Positions 16,510-27,003 of a stretch of DNA of 34,427 bases are shown one piece after another. The notes under the pieces were generated by a model. That model saw only the letters and a list, made by a program, of their open reading frames with translations. It did no database searches and was not told the DNA's origin. The position numbers were made by a program, and so were the translations under genes. Source of the DNA: a virus; UHGV virus genome UHGV-0118447, one strand, 5' to 3'. The stretch's first letter is position 1. Every line of letters begins with the position of its first letter.

Positions 16510-16982
16510 TTAGCGCACTGGTTAAGCGTTACTGGCTGCAGTTGCTGGTGCTGGCGTTAATCGGCGCACTGGCTTTCTTCGTGAACCACTACCGCGACAA
16601 CGCCATTACCTACAAAGACCAGCGAGATAAAGCCACCAAGAGTGTCCGCATGGCTAACGACACCATCAAAGACATGCAGACCCGCCAGCGTGATGTTGCT
16701 GCACTGGACGCCAAATACACGAAGGAGCTAGCCGATGCAAAAGCTGAAAATGATGCTCTGCAGCGCAAGCTTGATAATGGTGGTCGGGTGTTCGTCAAAG
16801 GAAAATGCCCTATGCCATCCTCAGCCGAAACCTCCAGCGCCTCCGGCATGGGCGATGATGCCACCGTCGAACTCTCTGCAGTTGCTGGACGAAACGTTCT
16901 CGGTATCCGGTCCGGAATCGTCAGCGACCAAACAGCCTTGAGGGCGCTGCAGGAATACATCACCACGCAGTGCCTGAAATAA
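16506..16982 (+). CDS. Rz: Spanin inner-membrane subunit Rz
   Basis: N-terminal TM segment then NHYRDNAITYK and RQRDVAALDAKYTKELADAKAENDAL, lambda Rz-like. Confidence 0.85.
   Translation: MISALVKRYWLQLLVLALIGALAFFVNHYRDNAITYKDQRDKATKSVRMANDTIKDMQTRQRDVAALDAKYTKELADAKAENDALQRKLDNGGRVFVKGKCPMPSSAETSSASGMGDDATVELSAVAGRNVLGIRSGIVSDQTALRALQEYITTQCLK
16735..16941 (+). CDS. Rz1: Spanin outer-membrane lipoprotein Rz1 (embedded in Rz, +1 frame)
   Basis: MQKLKMMLC...VVGCSS lipobox and Pro-rich region, lambda Rz1-like. Confidence 0.75.
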   Translation: MQKLKMMLCSASLIMVVGCSSKENALCHPQPKPPAPPAWAMMPPSNSLQLLDETFSVSGPESSATKQP

Positions 16983-16984
16983 CA

Positions 16985-17008
16985 GCCTCGCAATAGCGGG
17001 GCTTTTTT
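16985..17008 (+). terminator. Intrinsic terminator immediately after Rz
   Basis: GCCTCGC-AATA-GCGGGGC (one G-U pair) followed by TTTTTT; a palindrome ATGCGCATCTCACGCGCAT follows at about 17009-17027. Confidence 0.55.
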
Positions 17009-17143
17009 ATGCGCATCTCACGCGCATATTACATCACCCGAGCCTTTCAGAAAGTTGAGCCTGAGAACTGCCGTATATGGTGGCGACCATCTCGGGGCGG
17101 CTTTTCTGTGAGACAGGCTCACTTTCTAAAAGGTAAAGACGCT

Positions 17144-17662
17144 ATGAATAATCCGTCAGTTATTCCGGCCTTCGACTTCCGCGAAATGGTCACGACCCTC
17201 GACAACAAGATAATCACCACATCACTCAAGGTGGCGGATTACTTTGGCAAGCGACACAAAGACGTTTTGCGTGCCATACGTAACCTGAAATGCTCCGATG
17301 ACTTCACCCAGCGCAATTTTGCGCCCATTGATTTCATTGATAAAAATGGCGATGTTCAGCCTATGTATAACATCACCCGCGACGGATGCATGATGCTAGT
17401 GATGGGATTCACTGGCAAAACAGCTGCCGCAGTGAAGGAGTGTTACATCAATGCCTTCAACTGGATGGCCGAGCAGCTAAACCGGCGCATGGCGATGGGT
17501 GAAGAATTGCAGCATCGCTACGCCATCAAAGAAACGCGCTCAAAGCTGAAAGGCACGATCGGAAGCCGTTTGATGAACGAGCGGAAGAAAGAGAAGCGCG
17601 TCCTGGAGCTCGAACATGAGCACATCATGCAGGTAACGCAGCCGGAATTACTTATTGGCTGA
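17144..17662 (+). CDS. rha: Rha-family phage regulatory protein
   Basis: 172 aa; N-terminal KVADYFGKRHKDVLRAIRNL is typical of the Rha/antirepressor N-domain. Confidence 0.7.
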   Translation: MNNPSVIPAFDFREMVTTLDNKIITTSLKVADYFGKRHKDVLRAIRNLKCSDDFTQRNFAPIDFIDKNGDVQPMYNITRDGCMMLVMGFTGKTAAAVKECYINAFNWMAEQLNRRMAMGEELQHRYAIKETRSKLKGTIGSRLMNERKKEKRVLELEHEHIMQVTQPELLIG

Positions 17663-17722
17663 TCGCGGCATTACAGAAGCCCTTCATTGAGGGGCTTCGA
17701 TAATGGAGCACTGGAATTATTC

Positions 17723-18343
17723 ATGAACAGACCACACCCACCAGCGCATTTTACGATGCCACCTGACCCGAAGCCGTACATCAGCATTATGCCCGCTAAT
17801 GACGTTGGCGAGTGGCTGAATCAGCACATCCTGAGCGATGAGGGTGACCTCTACAACCATGACCACCAGCATTTGCTTGAAGCGGATCTGTGCTTTCTCT
17901 GGGCGTCTAACGCTTTCGAGAAGAAAGGGCGTTCCGTGCTGGGGCAGGCGGAAGAAGTGGCAATGCGGGCTGGAGGCTGGCAGAAAGCGCGGATGGAGCA
18001 GCAGATGTATGAATGGTTCGGCAGGGTGCCGCAGTTCATCATCACGCTGGCCGCTGATTACTGCTCGCAATGTTCCGATCTGGAATTCTGTGCGCTGATA
18101 GAGCACGAGCTTTATCACATCTGCCAGGCGACAGATGAATTTGGCGCGCCGAAGTTCACGCAGGAAGGGCAGCCAAAGCTGAAGCTGCGCGGCCATGACG
18201 TGGAAGAGTTTGTGGGCGTGGTTCGCCGTTACGGTGCAAGCCGGGACGTGCAGGAAATGATTGATGCGGCGAATCAGCCAGCGGAGGTTGCTCATCTCGA
18301 TATTGCCAGAGCGTGCGGGACGTGCATGCTGCGACTGGCTTAA
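17723..18343 (+). CDS. HExxH zinc-metallopeptidase-like protein (SprT/ImmA-like architecture)
   Basis: HELYH motif flanked by CxxC pairs (CSQCSD upstream, CGTC near the C-terminus); ATG at 17723. Confidence 0.55.
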   Translation: MNRPHPPAHFTMPPDPKPYISIMPANDVGEWLNQHILSDEGDLYNHDHQHLLEADLCFLWASNAFEKKGRSVLGQAEEVAMRAGGWQKARMEQQMYEWFGRVPQFIITLAADYCSQCSDLEFCALIEHELYHICQATDEFGAPKFTQEGQPKLKLRGHDVEEFVGVVRRYGASRDVQEMIDAANQPAEVAHLDIARACGTCMLRLA

Positions 18344-18374
18344 ATACTGGACTGTATAAGACGAATGGTGATTT

Positions 18375-18848
18375 ATGGCTGCATTAAAACCTGATGTGAA
18401 AGCCTTCATCATTCAATCGCTTGCGTGCTATGACACGCCATCGCAGGTGGTCGAGGCTGTCCAAAAAGAATTCGGGATCAAGATTACCCGCCAGCAGGCT
18501 GAATCTCACGACCCCACGAAGGCCAGCGGTAAGACGCTCGCCAAAAAGTGGATCGAGATGTTCCACGCGACGCGCGAACGGTTCCTGACCGAAACCAGCG
18601 ACATTCCGATAGCGAACAAATCCTATCGCCTCCGCGTGCTTGACCGCATGGCAACCAAAACCGAGGGGATGAAAAACTTCTCCCTGACGGCGCAGCTTAT
18701 CGAACAGGCCGCGAAAGAGGTTGGCGACGCTTACACCAATAAGCTGAAGGTTGAGAGCACTGGCAAGGATGGCGGCCCGATCAAGACCGAGACGACCAAC
18801 CTCACCGCAGATCAGGCCGCAGAGATTTACCGCAAGATGATGGGGTGA
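18375..18848 (+). CDS. Putative terminase small subunit
   Basis: 157 aa directly upstream of, and overlapping, the large terminase gene; family recalled as commonly annotated TerS. Confidence 0.5.
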   Translation: MAALKPDVKAFIIQSLACYDTPSQVVEAVQKEFGIKITRQQAESHDPTKASGKTLAKKWIEMFHATRERFLTETSDIPIANKSYRLRVLDRMATKTEGMKNFSLTAQLIEQAAKEVGDAYTNKLKVESTGKDGGPIKTETTNLTADQAAEIYRKMMG

Positions 18849-18850
18849 TC

Positions 18851-20473
18851 ATGCCTCTCCCGTTTGAATTCGATTTCAGAAACCCTGATTACCAGATGGT
18901 TTTTGAATGGCGGATGGAGCGCTTACAGCGCATTCGCCAGAACCCTGAAATGCTGCCAGCGCTAAAGCAGTTTTATCGCACCAACCCGGCACAGTTCATC
19001 ATCGACTGGGGTATGACTACTGACCCGCGTAACATCGATTATGGCCTGCCGGTCACCATCCCTTTTCTGCTGTTCCCGAAACAGGAAGAGTGGATTCACT
19101 GGATCATGGAGCGGCGCGAACGACTGGAGAACGGCATCACCGAAAAGAGCCGCGAAATGGGGCTCAGTTGGACCGCGATCGGGCTGGCCTGCTCGCTTTG
19201 TCTCTTCAACAAAGAAATGGTTATCGGTTTCGGCTCCCGTAAAGAGGAATACGTCGACAGCACCGGTGACCCGAAGGCGCTGTTCTGGAAGGCGCGAAAG
19301 TTCGTGGAAACACTGCCCATCGAGTTTCGTGGTTCGTGGGACGAGAAGAAGCATGCGCCCTACATGCGCGTTGAGTTTCCCGATACTGGCGCGGTCATCA
19401 AAGGCGAGGCTGGCGACAATATCGGACGTGGTGACCGTACCACGCTCTACCTGGTGGATGAGGCTGCATTCCTCCAGCGTCCTCTGCTGATTGATGCGGC
19501 GCTGTCGCAAACCACCCGCTGCCGTATCGACCTGAGCTCGGTTAACGGCATGGCGAACCCGTTCGCGCAGAAGCGTCACGGCGGGAAGATACCGGTATTC
19601 ACATTCCACTGGCGAAATGACCCGCGCAAGGATGAAGAGTGGTATCGCAGGGAATGCGAGAAAATCGACAATCCGGTGGTGGTAGCGCAGGAACTTGACC
19701 TGAACTACAGCGCATCTGCGGAAGGCGTCCTGATCCCGTCCGATTGGGTACAGGCTGCCGTCGACGCTCATATTAAGCTGGGCATCCAGCCAACGGGCAA
19801 ACGCCTGGGCGCGATGGACGTCGCCGACGAAGGCCGGGACAAAAACGCCTTTTCGACCCGTCACGGCTTCCTCCTGGAGAACGTGCGGGAATGGTCCGGC
19901 GTGGGCAGCGACATTTACCAGTCCGTTGAGAAGGTCTTCGGCTTTTGCGAACAGGACAACCTCGAAGAATTTCGCTTCGACGAGGACGGCCTGGGCGCTG
20001 GCGTTCGCGGCGATGCACGCGCCATCAACGAACTGCGTAACGCTGCGCGCCGACCGTCAATACTCGCCACACCGTTTCGCGGTAGCGGCGCGGTGTTTGA
20101 TCCGGACGACGAAGCGGTGCGCGGCGACAATGGACAGGCCGCCCGCCTGAACAAGGACTTCTTCGCTAACGCTAAGGCCCAGAGCTGGTGGCAATTACGC
20201 AAGCTTTTCCAGAACACCTATCGCGCCGTGGTTGAGGGAATGGCCTACAACCCGGACGAAATTATCTCAATCAGCAGCGCCATGGCGAGCAAAGACAAAC
20301 TCATCATCGAGCTGTCGCAACCGACCTATTCCATTAACGGTGTGGGGAAAATCGTTGTTGATAAACAGCCTGACGGCACCAAGTCGCCGAACCTCGCCGA
20401 CTCGGTGATGATCAGCTACGCGCCAATGAATTCAGCCCTGAACATCTGGGAGCTGCTAGGGAGACAGGCCTGA
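18851..20473 (+). CDS. terL: Terminase large subunit
   Basis: 540 aa; position and size; ATG at 18851 preferred over the GTG at 18845. Confidence 0.8.
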   Translation: MPLPFEFDFRNPDYQMVFEWRMERLQRIRQNPEMLPALKQFYRTNPAQFIIDWGMTTDPRNIDYGLPVTIPFLLFPKQEEWIHWIMERRERLENGITEKSREMGLSWTAIGLACSLCLFNKEMVIGFGSRKEEYVDSTGDPKALFWKARKFVETLPIEFRGSWDEKKHAPYMRVEFPDTGAVIKGEAGDNIGRGDRTTLYLVDEAAFLQRPLLIDAALSQTTRCRIDLSSVNGMANPFAQKRHGGKIPVFTFHWRNDPRKDEEWYRRECEKIDNPVVVAQELDLNYSASAEGVLIPSDWVQAAVDAHIKLGIQPTGKRLGAMDVADEGRDKNAFSTRHGFLLENVREWSGVGSDIYQSVEKVFGFCEQDNLEEFRFDEDGLGAGVRGDARAINELRNAARRPSILATPFRGSGAVFDPDDEAVRGDNGQAARLNKDFFANAKAQSWWQLRKLFQNTYRAVVEGMAYNPDEIISISSAMASKDKLIIELSQPTYSINGVGKIVVDKQPDGTKSPNLADSVMISYAPMNSALNIWELLGRQA

Positions 20474-21942
20474 TGGCACGAAACAAGCAAGCCTCTCAGC
20501 GAACGGCGCAGGCCACCGCTGATGGCTATGAAAACTTTGTCGCCCGCGTGGGGATGCAGACGCCTAACCAGCACTCAGCATCGACCTACCGGGCGAACTT
20601 CACCAGCCGCAACCGCATGCTGGTGGAATGGTCATATCGCGGATCGTGGGTTATCGGCGAAGCGGTCGACGCTATCCCGGACGATATGACCCGGAAAGGC
20701 ATTCGCATCACTTCGGAGATTGACGCCAAAGACCGTGGCACCCTCGAAGCGCAGCTGGATGAGTTGCAGGTCTGGGATGCGCTGAACGACGTGCTGAAAT
20801 GGTCGCGTCTCTATGGCGGCGCGGTTGGCTTCATCATGATTGAGGGGCAGGCACCAATGACCCCGCTGCGGCTCGAAACTATTGGAGAAGGCAAGTTTAA
20901 GGGCATTCTCCCGCTCGACCGCTGGATGATTAACCCGGTGCTGACCCGCCGCATTAAAGAGATGGGGCCGGATCTCGGCAAACCTGAGTTTTACGACGTG
21001 GTGACAACTGCAACGGGCATCCCGGCCTGGCGCATCCATCACAGCCGCCTGATTCGCTTCGATGGGGTGACGCTGCCATTCCAGCAGAAGATGACCGAAA
21101 ACGAATGGGGAATGTCGGTTGTAGAGCGTATCTGGGATCGGCTTACTGCGTTCGACAGCGCCACTGTCGGCGCGGCGCAGCTGGTCTATAAAGCGCATCT
21201 GCGCACCTACAGCGTGGAGAAGCTGCGCGAGCTTATAGCGCTTGGCGGCCCGGCGTTCGAGGCGCTGCTGAAGAACATCGACCTGATCCGCCAGTTCCAG
21301 AGCAATGAAGGCATGACGCTCATGGACTCGCGGGATAAGTTCGAAACCCACCAGTACAGCTTCAGTGGTCTGGATGACATTCTTTCGCAGTTCGCTGAGC
21401 AGATCAGCGGTGCCGTCGGCATCCCGCTGGTACGCCTGTTCGGTCAGTCCCCGAAAGGCTTCTCTACTGGTGATGCAGACCTCGCCAACTATTACGACCG
21501 GGTGAGCTCATTGCAGGAGCGCCGCTTACGGCTGCCGATGCGCCGGATACTGGACATTATGCACCGCTCGGAACTCGGTAAGCCGCTGCCGGACGATTTC
21601 ACGTTTGAGTTTAACCCGCTATGGCAAATGTCAGACGTTGACCGATCAACGGTGGCCGTAAACACCACCAACGCGATCAGTACCGCGCTGGGCGACGGAT
21701 TGATGACGCGTAAGGCGGCGATGACCGACCTGCGCGAAAACTCTGACGTCACCGGCATCGGGGCATCCATTACCGACGAGGATATCGAGAATGCCGAAGA
21801 CGAAGCGCCGCCAGGCATCGGCGAACTTGGCGACAAACCGCCAGAGTCGCCAGGCGGAGATCCGATATCGAACGAGCCTACGGCAGATAGCGCGGGCGGT
21901 CGGGGATATCGTAAATGGGCGCTACGATGGTTCAAACGATAG
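20473..21942 (+). CDS. Portal protein
   Basis: 489 aa immediately after terL (TGATG junction); acidic C-terminus. Confidence 0.8.
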   Translation: MARNKQASQRTAQATADGYENFVARVGMQTPNQHSASTYRANFTSRNRMLVEWSYRGSWVIGEAVDAIPDDMTRKGIRITSEIDAKDRGTLEAQLDELQVWDALNDVLKWSRLYGGAVGFIMIEGQAPMTPLRLETIGEGKFKGILPLDRWMINPVLTRRIKEMGPDLGKPEFYDVVTTATGIPAWRIHHSRLIRFDGVTLPFQQKMTENEWGMSVVERIWDRLTAFDSATVGAAQLVYKAHLRTYSVEKLRELIALGGPAFEALLKNIDLIRQFQSNEGMTLMDSRDKFETHQYSFSGLDDILSQFAEQISGAVGIPLVRLFGQSPKGFSTGDADLANYYDRVSSLQERRLRLPMRRILDIMHRSELGKPLPDDFTFEFNPLWQMSDVDRSTVAVNTTNAISTALGDGLMTRKAAMTDLRENSDVTGIGASITDEDIENAEDEAPPGIGELGDKPPESPGGDPISNEPTADSAGGRGYRKWALRWFKR

Positions 21943-22564
21943 CGTTACCGAAATAATGGATGCGCTGGAGCGCTACAGCGAAATCATCACCCCCTGGGCG
22001 ACGAAGGTTGCTGAGAACTTTACCGCCGACATTGCACGCCAGAATGAAAAGCAGTGGCGTCAGCACAGCCGGAACATCAGCTCAGAGCTGCGCAACATGG
22101 TCGACCGCGCCCCGGTAGGCCAGGTGATGAAATCCATCGTCGCCGAGCAAATTAAGTACATCAAGTCACTGCCTCTTGAGGCCGCCGATCGGGTGTATGA
22201 CATTCAGAACAAGGCCATCGAGGCCGTTGTGTCTGGTGGCCGCGCTGAGCCATTCGCGAAAGAGATAGCTGCTTCCGGTGACGTGTCACGCTCACGAGCG
22301 AACCTTATCGCCCGGACTGAGCTTGGGCGCGCAACCGGTGCACTGGATCAGGCGCGTGCGCTGTCAATCGGCTCGAATGGTTATATCTGGCGTACAGCCG
22401 AAGATGGCGACGTCCGGCATTCTCATCGAGAGATGGAAGGGAAGTTTGTCGAATGGGGCCGACCTCCAACGCTTGACGGCATGACCGGTCACGCTGGCGA
22501 GCTCCCGAACTGCCGCTGTTACAAAGAAATCGTCTTCCCCAATCCTCATTCTTATCTCGCCTGA
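21791..22564 (+). CDS. Head morphogenesis protein (MuF/SPP1 gp7 family)
   Basis: C-terminal WRTAEDGDVRHSHREMEGKFV and NCRCY motifs typical of MuF-like proteins; start uncertain (21791 with GAGGA SD, or 21956). Confidence 0.7.
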   Translation: MPKTKRRQASANLATNRQSRQAEIRYRTSLRQIARAVGDIVNGRYDGSNDSVTEIMDALERYSEIITPWATKVAENFTADIARQNEKQWRQHSRNISSELRNMVDRAPVGQVMKSIVAEQIKYIKSLPLEAADRVYDIQNKAIEAVVSGGRAEPFAKEIAASGDVSRSRANLIARTELGRATGALDQARALSIGSNGYIWRTAEDGDVRHSHREMEGKFVEWGRPPTLDGMTGHAGELPNCRCYKEIVFPNPHSYLA

Positions 22565-22578
22565 ATCGCAGGTAAAAC

Positions 22579-23811
22579 ATGAAATATTTTTTCAATACCA
22601 GGCTGGGGGAAACCCGTTATCAGCTGGCTGACGGCTCGCTGCTGTGCAAAGACGTGCCGATAGGTCGAACGGGTAAGCAGCTCTACGGCGCTGCCGATCT
22701 GCCAAACCTCAAACCCGACAAACTCGGCGAGATAGTCGTAACGCGCTCTCCTGAGCAGGTATTCCATCCGGCCACGCTCGCCTCATTCGAAGGGATGAGC
22801 ATCACGATCCTGCATCCTGAAGATGAAAACGGGAATGTGCGGCTGGTGAACCCCGAGAACTGGAAAGAGCTTGCGGTCGGGCATCTTCAGAACGTGCGGC
22901 GCGGGACAGGTGATCAGTCTGATTTGATGCTGGCTGACCTTATCGTCAAAGACGAAAGCGCCATTCAGCTTATCGAAGATGGCCTGCGCGAAGTGTCGTG
23001 TGGCTATGACGCGGAGTACGAGCAGACCGAGCCAGGTAAAGCCGAGCAGGTCGATATTACCGGAAACCATGTGGCTCTTGTCCCTAAAGGCAGAGCCGGA
23101 AATCGTTGTGCAATTGGAGACAGAGACACAATGGCAAATCAAAAGAAAAGCTGGTGGACCCGCATGCGCACGGCCATCAAAACGGGTGACGCTGACACCA
23201 TGAACGAACTGCTGGACTCTGCGCCAGCGGCTGTAACGGGTGATGAAGGGGATCTTCCGAGCGGCGTTAACCTCAACATTAACCTTTCACCGCAGCAACC
23301 ATTACCGGACAAAAAGCCGGAAATGGGCGGAGAGCCAACCGGCGACGGCGAGGACGATATCAAAACCTTGCTCAAAGCCCTGCTGGCTAAGCTGGAAGGA
23401 AATGCGACGGGCGATAACGACAATAAGCCTGGCGAAAATGATAACAAAAACCCGACCGGCGACGACGAGGACAAAGAAGAGGAAACCACGATTACCGGTG
23501 ACTCTGCCTATCGTGCCGAGGTTATCGTGCCGGGTATCGATCTGAGCCGTAAGGTGAAACCGACCGCGTTCAAACGTGATGTGCTGGCTGCCGCTGACAA
23601 AACACTGGTTCGCCAGGTTGTCGGTGATGCGGATATCCGCAAATTGCCCAAGCAATCGGTAGATATGGCGTTTAACGCCGTGTCAGAGATTGCCAAAGGG
23701 CGAAACACCCGCAGCACCACGGGCGATGCACAACGTCCAAATATGGGCATGACCAGCATCGCTTCCCTGAACAAACAAAACGCCGACTTCTGGTCTAACC
23801 GCAAAGGATAA
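22579..23811 (+). CDS. Putative scaffolding/head maturation protein
   Basis: 410 aa between MuF and capsid genes; acidic, low-complexity, D/E/G-rich C-terminal half. Confidence 0.55.
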   Translation: MKYFFNTRLGETRYQLADGSLLCKDVPIGRTGKQLYGAADLPNLKPDKLGEIVVTRSPEQVFHPATLASFEGMSITILHPEDENGNVRLVNPENWKELAVGHLQNVRRGTGDQSDLMLADLIVKDESAIQLIEDGLREVSCGYDAEYEQTEPGKAEQVDITGNHVALVPKGRAGNRCAIGDRDTMANQKKSWWTRMRTAIKTGDADTMNELLDSAPAAVTGDEGDLPSGVNLNINLSPQQPLPDKKPEMGGEPTGDGEDDIKTLLKALLAKLEGNATGDNDNKPGENDNKNPTGDDEDKEEETTITGDSAYRAEVIVPGIDLSRKVKPTAFKRDVLAAADKTLVRQVVGDADIRKLPKQSVDMAFNAVSEIAKGRNTRSTTGDAQRPNMGMTSIASLNKQNADFWSNRKG

Positions 23812-23815
23812 TCCA

Positions 23816-24319
23816 ATGACTGCATATCTGTACCGGATGCCTGTTGGCATTGCCGGGGCTATCTCTCGCCCGCAGGACTTAACCGTCGAGCCGGTGATCC
23901 TTAAATCCGCTAACGCCTTCGCTGCCTATGGTCTGGCTGGCAAATACGACGCTGACGGCTTTTTCGTGCCGCTGGCGGACGGTGACACCGCCGACAAGGT
24001 GAAGGGGATCTACGTTCGTCCGTATCCGACCACATCACAGCCAGACATGGTTCGCCAGGTGGGGACGGATAAGAACTTCCCGGGTGACGCCATGAAGCGT
24101 GGCTACATGACCGTTAATCTCGGTTCTGATTTTGATGCCAGCACCATCAAAAAAGGCGCCCCGGTATACGTTGTCGTCTCCACTGATGAATCCATAAAAG
24201 TGCCGCTGGGCGGCTTCATGTCCACGTCCGTCAGTGGCAAAAACGTGGCGCTGACCAACGCCGAATTCACAGGGGCCGGTGACGCTAACGGCAATGCAGA
24301 AATCTCCTGGAAGATTTAA
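23816..24319 (+). CDS. Putative head structural/decoration protein (167 aa)
   Basis: Gene between scaffold and major capsid genes. Confidence 0.45.
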   Translation: MTAYLYRMPVGIAGAISRPQDLTVEPVILKSANAFAAYGLAGKYDADGFFVPLADGDTADKVKGIYVRPYPTTSQPDMVRQVGTDKNFPGDAMKRGYMTVNLGSDFDASTIKKGAPVYVVVSTDESIKVPLGGFMSTSVSGKNVALTNAEFTGAGDANGNAEISWKI

Positions 24320-24330
24320 GGAACAGACGA

Positions 24331-25272
24331 ATGATTACTTTTGATCAGGCAACCGTTGATAGCTCTGGTGCCTTTCTCATCGGGGAGCTGGAGCGACTCG
24401 ACCAGACGCTGAACCTGCCGCTGGTGGGTTACACCTGGACCCGCGATATTCAGCTGCGTGAAGACGTTTCTATCGCAGATGACATTTCCAGCTGGACTAA
24501 CACCAGTTTTGGCGCTGCTGGTACTGGCGCAAATCCGAACGGTAAAAACTGGGTAGGCAAAGACTCCACCGCTATTGCTGGCGTGAACGTGGATATCAGC
24601 AAAGACGGCAATCCACTGAACCTCTGGGGTATGGAACTGGGCTGGACCGTTGTAGACCTGGCAGCTGCTCAGCAGGTAGGCCGCCCGATTGATACCCAGA
24701 AGTACGACGGGATGCAGCTCAAATGGCAGATGGACAACGACGAGCAGGTTTACATCGGTGATGACGCACTCGGCCTGAAAGGTCTGGCAAACCTCGTCGG
24801 TGTGACGCTGAACAACGCGCCGAAGACCTGGGCGAACTCAACCAACGACGAGATCCTCGATAGCGTGAACAGCATTCTGTCTAATGCCTGGGCAGCATCC
24901 GGTTATTCCATCGTGCCTTCTGATCTGCGCATTCCGCCAGAGCAGTATTCACTGCTGGCGAGCCGTAAGGTTTCCGAAGCGGGTAACCAGTCACTGCTGA
25001 CCTATCTGGCTGTGAACACTATCGCTTTCCACCAGAACGGCGTTCCGCTTGAAATCAAAGCGGTCAAATGGCTGAAAGGGCGTGGGGTTGGCGGTAAAGA
25101 CCGTATGATCGCCTACACCAACGACAAGAAATACGTGCGCTATCCGCTGGTGCCGTTGCAGAGCGTTCCTGTCCAGTATCGCGGTCTGTATCAGATTGCG
25201 ACCTACTACGGCAAGCTCGGTGCGGTTGAGCCAGTGTACAAAGAAACCCTGTCCTACGTGGACGGTATCTGA
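24331..25272 (+). CDS. Putative major capsid protein
   Basis: 313 aa, strong AAGGAA SD, followed by a stable GNRA-loop hairpin (about 25283-25298). Confidence 0.65.
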   Translation: MITFDQATVDSSGAFLIGELERLDQTLNLPLVGYTWTRDIQLREDVSIADDISSWTNTSFGAAGTGANPNGKNWVGKDSTAIAGVNVDISKDGNPLNLWGMELGWTVVDLAAAQQVGRPIDTQKYDGMQLKWQMDNDEQVYIGDDALGLKGLANLVGVTLNNAPKTWANSTNDEILDSVNSILSNAWAASGYSIVPSDLRIPPEQYSLLASRKVSEAGNQSLLTYLAVNTIAFHQNGVPLEIKAVKWLKGRGVGGKDRMIAYTNDKKYVRYPLVPLQSVPVQYRGLYQIATYYGKLGAVEPVYKETLSYVDGI

Positions 25273-25313
25273 TAACCAGAACGGCCCCGAAAGGGGCCAG
25301 AAGGGAACTGAAA

Positions 25314-25703
25314 ATGGCGAAAGAAAAGCTGGTTACCATCCATGTTCACACCCCGTTTACGCTGACGCTCGGCGATCAGTCAAAAAGGGAGTTTGGCCGG
25401 GGACGGCATAACGTACCGGAAGAGGTCGCGTCGCACTGGTTCACCCAGGCGCACTCCGAGCTTTCCGAAAGCGTGATTAGCGACACCGATGATCTGCAAC
25501 CCATTATCGACAGCCTGCAAGCTCAGATTGCCGACAAAGATAAGCAGATTATCGATAAAGATCAGTTGATTGCCGATCTGCGAGAAGCGCTGCTCAAGCT
25601 GCAAGAGCAGAACGACAGCCTGCAAGCGCAGATTGCTGCCGCCCAGACTGGCGGTAATGGGGCGAAAGATGCCAAAGAATCAAAGCCTGCCAACAGTAAG
25701 TGA
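25314..25703 (+). CDS. Hypothetical coiled-coil protein (129 aa)
   Basis: Heptad-like Q/L-rich C-terminal half; AAGGGA SD. Confidence 0.5.
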   Translation: MAKEKLVTIHVHTPFTLTLGDQSKREFGRGRHNVPEEVASHWFTQAHSELSESVISDTDDLQPIIDSLQAQIADKDKQIIDKDQLIADLREALLKLQEQNDSLQAQIAAAQTGGNGAKDAKESKPANSK

Positions 25704-26076
25704 TTTTCGGCGCGACTTTCCACAGTTTGCTGACCCTGCCAAATATCCCGAAGCACAAATCCAGTTTCGTCTGAATCTGGCTGATGTGCTGCTGAGCGAA
25801 AACGTCACCGGCAAAGAGTTGTTTCCGTACTTTGTCGAGTTGTTCGTGGCTCACTACATGACGCTCTGGGCGGCAGATAGCCGGGCAATGCTCGTCGGCG
25901 GCCCGGGCGGCTCAACCAATGGTGTTCAGTCCTCCAAGTCCGTTGACAAGGTAAGCGTCAGCTATGACACCAGCGCGACGCTAAACCCTGACGCAGGCTT
26001 CTGGAATAACACCCGATATGGCGCTGAATTTTATCAGCTGATCACGATGTTCGGTGCAGGCGGTCGCCAGCTATGA
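25669..26076 (+). CDS. Putative head-tail connector/adaptor protein
   Basis: Internal ATG of the track ORF chosen ([13 protein letters not shown]...); position in the head-tail joining block. Confidence 0.5.
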   Translation: MPKNQSLPTVSDFRRDFPQFADPAKYPEAQIQFRLNLADVLLSENVTGKELFPYFVELFVAHYMTLWAADSRAMLVGGPGGSTNGVQSSKSVDKVSVSYDTSATLNPDAGFWNNTRYGAEFYQLITMFGAGGRQL

Positions 26077-26627
26077 GTTTCAAAAGCGGTGTAACAACGA
26101 GGGTGGATAACGCTAAGGCCATTCTGGATGCGCTCAGGTCGTTAACCAAAAAAGATGTGCTGGTCGGCATCCCGGAAGAAGACAGCGAGCGTGAGGATGT
26201 TCCGTTTGGTAATGCCGGGATCGGTTACGTCAACGAATACGGCTCACCAGCGCAAAACATACCCCCACGCCCGCACCTGATCCCCGGCGTTAAATCCGTA
26301 GAGGAACAGACGGTGCCGCAGCTCAAAGCAGCGGCGCAGGCTGCGCTTGATGGAAATGCGGCGGGTGCAGAAAGAGCGCTTAACCGCGCCGGAACGCTGG
26401 CCGCGAATGGCGTCAGGAGTTACATGACCATTACCGGCTTTACACCGCTTGCTGATAGCACCGTTGAAGCCCGTGCACGCCGTGGCCGCAAAGGGGCAAA
26501 AGCGGAACTTGCGCGGCGCGCTGCTGGCGAGTCTCCCGGAACCGACCTGGTGAAACCGCTAATTGACACCGGGCAATATCGCAGAGCCATTACCCATGTT
26601 GTGAGGGATAAAGATGCCGAATCTTGA
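26073..26627 (+). CDS. Putative head-tail joining protein (184 aa)
   Basis: ATGA-coupled to the upstream gene. Confidence 0.5.
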   Translation: MSFKSGVTTRVDNAKAILDALRSLTKKDVLVGIPEEDSEREDVPFGNAGIGYVNEYGSPAQNIPPRPHLIPGVKSVEEQTVPQLKAAAQAALDGNAAGAERALNRAGTLAANGVRSYMTITGFTPLADSTVEARARRGRKGAKAELARRAAGESPGTDLVKPLIDTGQYRRAITHVVRDKDAES

Positions 26628-27003
26628 TGTGACGGACGTACTTTTTGACCCCGATTTTTGCGACTTCAACCTGTGGGTAACGCGTCGCGCGCAAACGGTG
26701 GACGAGGACGGGATCGGCAGCGACAGCGAAGTTAAAACGCAGTTTGCCGGGGTTGTTACTGTTGACCGCTCTCTCGAAAACCGACGTATGCAGTCCGGCC
26801 AGGTTATCAGTGGCGCGATTCTCATCGTGACAACTGAGCGGCTGACGCAGGGGCAGACTGGCCGTGATGCCGATATCGTGACGTACCAGAACCGTGATTA
26901 TCGTGTGACATTCGTCGACCCGTATACGGCTTACGGTGCTGGCTTTGTCCAGGCACATTGCGAATTACTGCCGTTTGATGGGGGAACTCCCATTGAGCAA
27001 TAA
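26614..27003 (+). CDS. Hypothetical virion protein (129 aa)
   Basis: GAGGGA SD; overlapping gene chain. Confidence 0.5.
   Translation: MPNLDVTDVLFDPDFCDFNLWVTRRAQTVDEDGIGSDSEVKTQFAGVVTVDRSLENRRMQSGQVISGAILIVTTERLTQGQTGRDADIVTYQNRDYRVTFVDPYTAYGAGFVQAHCELLPFDGGTPIEQ

Noticed and set aside
17717-18412. 231-aa minus-strand ORF antisense to the HExxH protein gene
   Set aside because: Arg/Leu/His-rich translation typical of an antisense frame; the plus-strand frame has a recognisable HExxH motif and proper start context
18962-19864. 300-aa minus-strand ORF inside the large terminase gene
   Set aside because: Antisense to a well-supported gene; Arg-rich, low-complexity translation; no start context
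20632-21935. Minus-strand ORFs (239 aa and 147 aa) inside the portal gene
   Set aside because: Antisense open frames in a GC-rich coding region; the portal frame is supported by gene order and coupling to terL
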